Source: Planctomycetota bacterium
GTDB taxonomy: Bacteria > Planctomycetota > SZUA-567 > H5-PLA8
Direction of reading: 5' to 3'
Length of the DNA stretch: 64,000 nucleotides
Assembly: GCA_038227875.1 (NCBI GenBank)
Contig: JBBRPR010000003.1
Coordinates: 64,001-128,000 of the forward strand
Position numbers and translations under genes: made by a program
The notes under the pieces: generated by a model
Databases searched by the model: none
The model's input: only the letters and a program-made list of their open reading frames with translations
What the model was told of the DNA's origin: nothing
Shown here: piece by piece, positions 57,485-64,000 of the stretch
How the letters are laid out: every line of letters begins with the position of its first letter
How positions within the stretch are numbered: position 1 is the first letter of the stretch

Positions 57485-60400
57485 ATGTATCGAATCACGC
57501 TCATGATAGTCGCGCTGACGCTTTGCGCCCTGCCGCGCGCACTCTTTGCGCTGGCGGCCTCGGACATGAGTCCCACGCCTGGCACGACGCTGACCACGCC
57601 GCCGACGAGCATTACCGTGACGCTCGACCAACCGCCCGCAACGGGCAGCGTGAATGCGTACTCGGTGCGTCTCGTTCGTGCCGGTGCCGATGGGGTGCTT
57701 GGCACTGCCGACGATCTCACGATCCTACCCGCGGGCATTTCGACGAGTGGCACGACCATCACGCTGGATTTGACAGGCGTGAAACTGCCGAACGATCAGT
57801 ATCAAGTGACGCTGGTGAGTGGACAAAGCACGACTTCCGGGCTGGTCGCCCATTGGAAGTTCGACGAAGGCAGCGGCACGACTGTGCTGGATTCGTCAGG
57901 TAACGGCAATTCGGGAGCGCTCAACAGCGGCGCGACATTTACCTCGACCAATTTGGTCCTGCCGGGAAGCGCGGTGAAATTCGATGGCGTCACCGGCGCG
58001 ATCAAGGTTCCACAAAGCGCGTCATTGGAGCCCGCATTGGCCGTGACAGTCAGCATGTGGGGCTACATCACGGACACGATGGGCGGTGGTGTGGGAGAAT
58101 TGTTACGCAAGCAGACCAAGGATTTTGGCGGATACATTCTCCGCTGGAACGTCGACGACGGACACATCGGCTGGTTTATCTGCGCCAACAACGGGTCCTA
58201 TTGGTATTCGCGGGACCCCCAGCCGAATTCGAATTACCTCAACGCGTGGCATCACTACGCCGCGACCTACGATACCGCCACACACCTCTTGGATTTGTAT
58301 ATCGATGGAACGCTGCGCAACTCCGTGTCTGGCGGGCCGGCCGGAGGACTCGACCACACCGACGATCTCTATCTGATGTTTAGAAACAACAACACGACCA
58401 ACGCCACGCCCGGCACGCTGGACGACGTCCGGGTTTTCAACCGCGCGTTGACCGCTGCCGAGATTCAGACTCTCGCCCGCGTTCCCATTACCGATTCCAG
58501 CGGCAACCCGCTGGACGGAAAATTCACCGGCACGTTTCCGTCGGGCGACGGCGCGTTGACGGACTTTGCCGCAACGTTTACGATTGCAGCGCCGCCCTTG
58601 CAAGTGACCGCACTGACGCCGGCTCTTAACGCGGTGCTGGCCGCGCCGCCCGCGTCGCTCGTCGCGACGCTCAGCAAGAACGTTGATCCGGCATCCGTCG
58701 ACGGTTCCTCGGTTCGTTTGATTCGTGCGGGGCCGGATGGGGTGCTGGGAACTGCCGACGATTTCTCCGTGCCGGTAACGTCGGTCAACGCAAGCGGCGG
58801 ACAGATCACGGTCGATTTAACCAGCACACACGTCCCCAACGACCTCTATCAATTCAAGCTATTGGCTCGGCGCGCGGGAGGGCTGACCTTTACGGATTCG
58901 CAATTGGTCGCCATTCCGGATCGGCCCATTTATCAAGTCACTGATTTCACCGTGGAAGCCTGGTTTCGCGCGGATGCCGTGCCTACCTCTGACGAGCAGA
59001 TATTTTTCCGCGCCGATGACCGGTCTGGCTTGGATCCGTTCAGCTTGAAACTGGTCTCAGGCGGCAATGTGGCATTTCGCATTGATACCCAGAGCAACAG
59101 CAATTTTACCGTGACGAGCCCGGCGGTAGTAGCGCAGGGCTCCTGGGTTCATGCCGCGGGAACCTTCGATTCCGCATCCAAGACGTTGAGTCTTTACGTA
59201 AACGGCACCTTGGTGGGCAGCGCCGTTGCCGATGATCTCCCGGTGACGACGTTGAGTGGCGCCAATCCGGGTCTGGCGATTGGAAATATCCAATCGCTGC
59301 TCATCCGCGGGCCTCAGGGTTTCCAGGGCGAAATCCGGGACGTACGCCTTTGGAATGTCGCGCGGAGCCAGACGGAAATCGCCGCGGCGATGTCGCAGAC
59401 TCTGACCGGAGCGGAAGCCGGACTGCTGGGTCTCTGGCCGGTGGATGAAGGCAGCGGTCAGGTCGTTCATGACCGGACCAGCAATGCCAATGCGGGGACC
59501 TTGGGAGCCGACGCCAGTGCTGGCAGCGATGATCCCGCATGGGATCCTTTAACCAGTGCCGCGGTTACCGATGCCGCCGGCAATCCGCTCGATGGAAAAT
59601 TCACCGGTACTTTCCCGTCCGGCGACGGGACCTTCGCGGATTTCACCTCGACGTTCACGGTCGCAGCGCCGTTGTTGCACGTCACCGCGCTGACCGTGGC
59701 GCCGAACGCGGTGCTGAATGCACCGCCATCGTCAATCGTCGCCACGTTCAATAAGAATGTCGATCCGGCTACAGCGAATGGAAACTCAGTTCTGCTGATC
59801 GGCGCCGGGCCGGACAAGACCTTCGGTACCGCGGACGATGTGACGATTTCGCCGTCATCTCTCGTAGCGTCAGGCAATCTGGTCACGATAAACCTGAATG
59901 GACAGACAGCGCCAGGCAAATACCGACTGAAGTTCAAGTCCACGCCGGTCAGTGTCACCGATCTGGATGGAAATCTCATCGACGGTGAATTCGTCGGCAC
60001 TTTCCCCTCCGGCAACGGCACTGCCGGCGGCGACTTTGTCTCCGATTTCCGCATCAACGGCCTGCCCGTGGCGTCGGCACAGGCACTATCGCTCCATTCG
60101 AGTACGTCGCTTCCGATTGTGCTTGTCGCCACCGACGGCGACAACGATCCCGTGAGCTATTCGATCGTCACGGCTCCCAGCCACGGAACGTTGACCGGCA
60201 CGCCGCCGAACGTGACCTATTCGACTTCAGGTTACGCGGGTCCGGACAGTTTCACGTTCAAAGCCAATGACGGCCTGGCCGATGGAAACGTCGCGACCAT
60301 CACCATCAACGTCACCAACAACACGCCAGTCGCTCAGGCGCAGACCGCGAGTGTCCATTCCAGGGTCGCACTACCACTCGCGCTTGCCGCGACCGACGCC

Positions 60401-61579
60401 GACGGCGATGCGCTTACCTATTCCATCGTCACGCCACCCGCGCATGGAACGCTGAGCGGTGTGCTGCCCAATGTCACCTACACCTCTGGAGCCTACGCCG
60501 GCCCCGACAGCTTCACCTTTAAGGCCAACGACGGCGTCGCGGACAGCACTCCCGCCACGGTCTCGATCAGCCTGGTCGATCAGCCGCCCACCGCGTCGCT
60601 GACTGCAACGCCGACGATTCTCATCGAAGGACAGTCGGTCGACTTTATTTCCGGCGCATCCGATCCCGACGGAGATGCTTTGCCCTACGCCTGGGATTTC
60701 GGCGACGGCGGCAGTTCCACCGATGCCAACCCCGCGCATGTGTACGCGGCCGCGGGCGTCTACACGGCTACGCTAACGGTTACGGACACCGCTGGCCTGA
60801 CGGCGATGCAGAGCATCACCATCAACGTTTACCACGATTCCGACCGTCCGATCGCGCGCTTTGTTTCCAGCGATCTCAACGGCTACGTCGGCCAGCCGAT
60901 CGGTTTCGATGCGACATTCAGTACCGATCCGGCCAACCGCATCGTCTCGTATCTCTGGGATTTCGGCGACGGTTCGCCATCTGGAGTCGGGCAATTGATC
61001 TCGCGCGATTACACTGCGACCGGGACGTACACGGTGACGCTGACGATCACCAACGCCCAGGGGCTGACGGATACCACGTCGCTGACGATGGTCGTGCTGC
61101 CGGCGGCGCAGGCCGGGCTGTTCAGCGCGAACATCAAGTACAGCGTCAGTTGGAACCGCACGGCGCAGAATTCGGACACGCTGAGCCTGACTGCGACGGT
61201 GAACGCCGGCACGACCGTCGTGACCCGCTCGTCGCTGTTGTCGTTAGACGTGGTCGGCCAGACATTCAGCGGCACCTCGTCGACGAAGCTCTCGCTGTCG
61301 CGCGCGGCGCGCGGCGGCGTTCAAGTGAAGTGGCAGATCAAAGCAAACACGAAAAAAGGCGCGCCGAAGGGAACGTACGACCTGAAATGCGCGATCACGC
61401 ACGCGACGCTCGGCAATGCGTTCGCGCGGGCGGGAGCGACCGGCGTAAAAAATTCGACCACGAAGATTCCGATTCGCCTGGGCATCGGCGCGAGTTCATT
61501 CGAATCGTCGATCACGTCGCTATTCCGCTTCGGTGGCAACGGAGCGAAGGCCAGCGGCGGCGGGCAAGGGCCGAAGTAA
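57485..61579 (+). CDS. Large secreted surface protein: 3 Ig-like (Big_5-type) modules, 2 LamG domains, 2 cadherin-like Big_9 modules, 2 PKD domains
   Basis: Signal peptide; WKFDEGSG and LDDVRVFNRAL (LamG); GPDSFTFKANDG x2; WDFGDG x2. Confidence 0.9.
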   Translation: MYRITLMIVALTLCALPRALFALAASDMSPTPGTTLTTPPTSITVTLDQPPATGSVNAYSVRLVRAGADGVLGTADDLTILPAGISTSGTTITLDLTGVKLPNDQYQVTLVSGQSTTSGLVAHWKFDEGSGTTVLDSSGNGNSGALNSGATFTSTNLVLPGSAVKFDGVTGAIKVPQSASLEPALAVTVSMWGYITDTMGGGVGELLRKQTKDFGGYILRWNVDDGHIGWFICANNGSYWYSRDPQPNSNYLNAWHHYAATYDTATHLLDLYIDGTLRNSVSGGPAGGLDHTDDLYLMFRNNNTTNATPGTLDDVRVFNRALTAAEIQTLARVPITDSSGNPLDGKFTGTFPSGDGALTDFAATFTIAAPPLQVTALTPALNAVLAAPPASLVATLSKNVDPASVDGSSVRLIRAGPDGVLGTADDFSVPVTSVNASGGQITVDLTSTHVPNDLYQFKLLARRAGGLTFTDSQLVAIPDRPIYQVTDFTVEAWFRADAVPTSDEQIFFRADDRSGLDPFSLKLVSGGNVAFRIDTQSNSNFTVTSPAVVAQGSWVHAAGTFDSASKTLSLYVNGTLVGSAVADDLPVTTLSGANPGLAIGNIQSLLIRGPQGFQGEIRDVRLWNVARSQTEIAAAMSQTLTGAEAGLLGLWPVDEGSGQVVHDRTSNANAGTLGADASAGSDDPAWDPLTSAAVTDAAGNPLDGKFTGTFPSGDGTFADFTSTFTVAAPLLHVTALTVAPNAVLNAPPSSIVATFNKNVDPATANGNSVLLIGAGPDKTFGTADDVTISPSSLVASGNLVTINLNGQTAPGKYRLKFKSTPVSVTDLDGNLIDGEFVGTFPSGNGTAGGDFVSDFRINGLPVASAQALSLHSSTSLPIVLVATDGDNDPVSYSIVTAPSHGTLTGTPPNVTYSTSGYAGPDSFTFKANDGLADGNVATITINVTNNTPVAQAQTASVHSRVALPLALAATDADGDALTYSIVTPPAHGTLSGVLPNVTYTSGAYAGPDSFTFKANDGVADSTPATVSISLVDQPPTASLTATPTILIEGQSVDFISGASDPDGDALPYAWDFGDGGSSTDANPAHVYAAAGVYTATLTVTDTAGLTAMQSITINVYHDSDRPIARFVSSDLNGYVGQPIGFDATFSTDPANRIVSYLWDFGDGSPSGVGQLISRDYTATGTYTVTLTITNAQGLTDTTSLTMVVLPAAQAGLFSANIKYSVSWNRTAQNSDTLSLTATVNAGTTVVTRSSLLSLDVVGQTFSGTSSTKLSLSRAARGGVQVKWQIKANTKKGAPKGTYDLKCAITHATLGNAFARAGATGVKNSTTKIPIRLGIGASSFESSITSLFRFGGNGAKASGGGQGPK

Positions 61580-61821
61580 GGGCTCGTTGAATCTCCACCC
61601 AGCTACATTGTGGCGGGTTCGTCGGTGCGGTTGCGCCGGGAGCTCACGGAGATTGCGGCGGCGCTCGCGGCCAATCGGGGGCTGGAGTTGCTTAACGAGC
61701 AACAGGTCCGTGCGATTCGAAGCGGGTGTGCGCAGATGCAGAAACTGAGCGGGAATTACCTTCGAAACCGCGGCAAGGCACCTGAAAAAGTCCTCACGGA
61801 CACGTCAGGCCAATTGTTTTT

Positions 61822-62568
61822 ATGAAACAAGAAAAGAGTTCAGCTGTGTGGGACTTCCTCTTTCTCGGTTCCCTGGTTGTTCCCAAGTGGCGAGAATATT
61901 GGTGGCGTTACCTGCTGCTTCTTTTCATCGGAGTTGCGGTTCTCGGGTTGACCACTTTTCATAACGTTTGGCTGCACCAAAACGATGCTTCGTCGACCGT
62001 TAACTCATTCGGAATTACCTTACATCCGGATGATACCGTAGTGGACTTCCAAGAATTCATAAATGTTGTTTACCGAGCCACCCTGCTGATAATTTGGAGC
62101 GTGTACGTCCTGCTCGTCATCGCCATCTATGGTCCGCGCCGGTTTTGGCAAGCTGCAACTCGCGCCTCCATGAAAACGGTCGCGTGCTACATCGTTGGAG
62201 TTGGCGCTATGCTCGTATTTGGGGGATATCTGATTGAACGGTTCGGGGCTTACTCAGGAGATCCCACTAATCAGCGCACATCCACGACGGCACTATATCT
62301 TTTCAGCGTGATGGGTCCCCTCATGGAAGAGATGTTTGCGCGGTTCACTCTATTCCAGATGATACGCGCCAAGTTCCCCTTTTGGGTCGCGGCGACTCTG
62401 TCTTCGTTGGTGTTCGGCCTTCTCCATTTCGGTTACCCAGAGCCGATCAAGATGCTGATGGCCGGTATCTCCGGTATTTTGCTTTGCTGGACATACGAGA
62501 AGACGGATTCCATTGCTACGCCGATTGGTATCCACGTCCTGAATAATCTTTGGATGCTGCTGGGATGA
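61822..62568 (+). CDS. CPBP (Abi/CAAX) intramembrane metalloprotease
   Basis: EEMFAR, FGLLH, HVLNN; lower GC than flanks. Confidence 0.88.
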   Translation: MKQEKSSAVWDFLFLGSLVVPKWREYWWRYLLLLFIGVAVLGLTTFHNVWLHQNDASSTVNSFGITLHPDDTVVDFQEFINVVYRATLLIIWSVYVLLVIAIYGPRRFWQAATRASMKTVACYIVGVGAMLVFGGYLIERFGAYSGDPTNQRTSTTALYLFSVMGPLMEEMFARFTLFQMIRAKFPFWVAATLSSLVFGLLHFGYPEPIKMLMAGISGILLCWTYEKTDSIATPIGIHVLNNLWMLLG

Positions 62569-62644
62569 ATTACAGCGGGGGCGACTCCCGCAACTTAAGG
62601 GCGCAAGACGACAGCGGCGGGTGGAGACTTCGGCCACGCTTCGG

Positions 62645-62745
62645 CCACAACTCTTTCAGAGTTGGTCGCGTTTGGGAATTGGTAACCCAGGGTAGCACCT
62701 GCGGTGCAACCCTGGGCTTTGTAGCCGATGCCGCGTTGGGGCATT
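62645..62745. repeat. REP-like multi-hairpin sequence
   Basis: caactct-ttc-agagttg and cccagggt-agcacctgcggtgca-accctggg hairpins between convergent genes. Confidence 0.6.
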
Positions 62746-62774
62746 GGGGATGTACTACGTCTATCGCTTCTTCC

Positions 62775-64000
62775 CTACTTCTTTTCCGGCGCGGGGGCGG
62801 GGGCGGGGGCGTCTTGGGGCTTGGCGGGAGCTTTGGCTCCGCCTTCTTTGGCCGGGCCGATCACGATCGTGTGCGCGACGGGGACCACAGCGGCGCGGAC
62901 GTCGCTCTGGAGTTTCTCTTCCTTCGCGTAGAACTTCTTCTTCAGCACGTCGACGGCGGCGGTGACTTCGGCGTCGCCAGGGAAGGTGTTGGCCAGTGAA
63001 CCGAAGCGGGTGATGTTGTTCTTGATCATGTCGGTTTCGAAGTTCTGCTTCGCGGCGATCATGCCTTCGATCTTCGCGAAGGGCGCGGAGAACGGATTGT
63101 CCGGGAACGCGGCGGCCAGGTTGATGCCCTTCTCCAGATCGGCCTTGCTGAAATTCTTGAATTCCGCCCCCCACGTCACGCTCATTTCGTCGGCGTCGAC
63201 GTTCTTGACGATCAGCGTGAAGCGGTTGAGCTCGTCGTTGAACGGCAGCAGGCCGAGGATCGAGCGCGGACTCGCCGGGGACTTCGGATCGCCGCCGCTG
63301 AAGCAGTACGGGTAGCGGGAGCTCTGCAGATCGACTTTGCCGCCTTCGGACTTTACCACGGTGTGGCCTTCGCTGGCGGTGGTCTGGCCTTTCAGGTCGA
63401 CGGTGATCGTGCCGATCTCGCCGTCGAGACCCATTCCCTTTAAGAGGGAATAGGCCATGATCACATGGCCGTTGGGTCGCGGGTGGACGCCGTCCTGGCC
63501 GCAGACGTCGTATGCGTCGCCGAATTCGGTCTTGGCCTTGGCCATCACGTTGACCATCGTTTCGTGCAGGTCGGCGAAGGGCATGCCGGTACTTTCGGCC
63601 AGTGCCTTGTCGATGTCGCGCAGCTTGCCCAGCGTCTCGTTGTAGACTTTGGCCTGCTCGGGACTGTTGTGATAGTACTTCGTGTCCACGGCGCCCGGCG
63701 AGCCGATCACCACGACGGCTTCGGCCTTCTTCAGGCGCGAGACGATCTCCGTCATCGCCGCTTTGTACGTGTTGCCCGTGTTGTCATTGAAGGCGGTGTA
63801 GTTTCCATCGTTCATGCCGTAAACGGTGGTCACCACGGTCGGCTCAAAGGGCATCAGATCGTTGTTCATGCGATTCTGAAAGCCGGGCGCGCGTTCGCCG
63901 CTCCAGCCAAACTGCATCACTTTCAATTCGTACTGCGGCACGCAGAGGGTCAGGTAGGCTTCCATGAATTTGCTGTAGAGCTTCTGTTCGGTGATCGAGT
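62775..64000 (-). CDS. SGNH/GDSL hydrolase, 5'-truncated by window edge
   Basis: SITEQ at the edge, GWSGE, YGMNDG, DGVHP. Confidence 0.9.
   Translation of the reverse strand, partial: SITEQKLYSKFMEAYLTLCVPQYELKVMQFGWSGERAPGFQNRMNNDLMPFEPTVVTTVYGMNDGNYTAFNDNTGNTYKAAMTEIVSRLKKAEAVVVIGSPGAVDTKYYHNSPEQAKVYNETLGKLRDIDKALAESTGMPFADLHETMVNVMAKAKTEFGDAYDVCGQDGVHPRPNGHVIMAYSLLKGMGLDGEIGTITVDLKGQTTASEGHTVVKSEGGKVDLQSSRYPYCFSGGDPKSPASPRSILGLLPFNDELNRFTLIVKNVDADEMSVTWGAEFKNFSKADLEKGINLAAAFPDNPFSAPFAKIEGMIAAKQNFETDMIKNNITRFGSLANTFPGDAEVTAAVDVLKKKFYAKEEKLQSDVRAAVVPVAHTIVIGPAKEGGAKAPAKPQDAPAPAPAPEKK

Noticed and set aside
61610..61825. 71-aa ORF upstream of the CPBP gene
   Set aside because: No RBS or motif; at most a gene remnant

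Overview
GC-rich bacterial chromosomal segment with about 50 protein genes. It is probably Planctomycetota/PVC (inferred from RFSL-type N-termini, a DUF1570-like metallopeptidase, a membrane-anchored HTH_17 protein and the repeat families). Housekeeping genes: murJ, tsaB, trmB, argG, murA, and parB/parA arranged divergently around three parS sites. Accessory content: two AraC-linked catabolic modules, a GtrB/GT-C glycosylation cluster, a MacAB-type exporter, a cytochrome P460 domain fused to a pentaheme module, an RtcB2-PrfH ribosome rescue/repair operon, a TIGR02452 macrodomain gene, three tandem membrane-protein paralogs with constant N-termini and divergent C-termini, and a 1364-aa LamG/Ig/PKD surface protein. 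The rtcB2 operon is preceded by an unannotated 17-codon leader ORF whose sequence is complementary to the rtcB2 Shine-Dalgarno region, a candidate ribosome-sensing attenuator. Intergenic DNA carries several REP/REPIN-like inverted repeats and at least six heptamer tandem-repeat families. I found no rRNA, tRNA, CRISPR array or intact transposase. All product calls come from motif recognition, not database searches.
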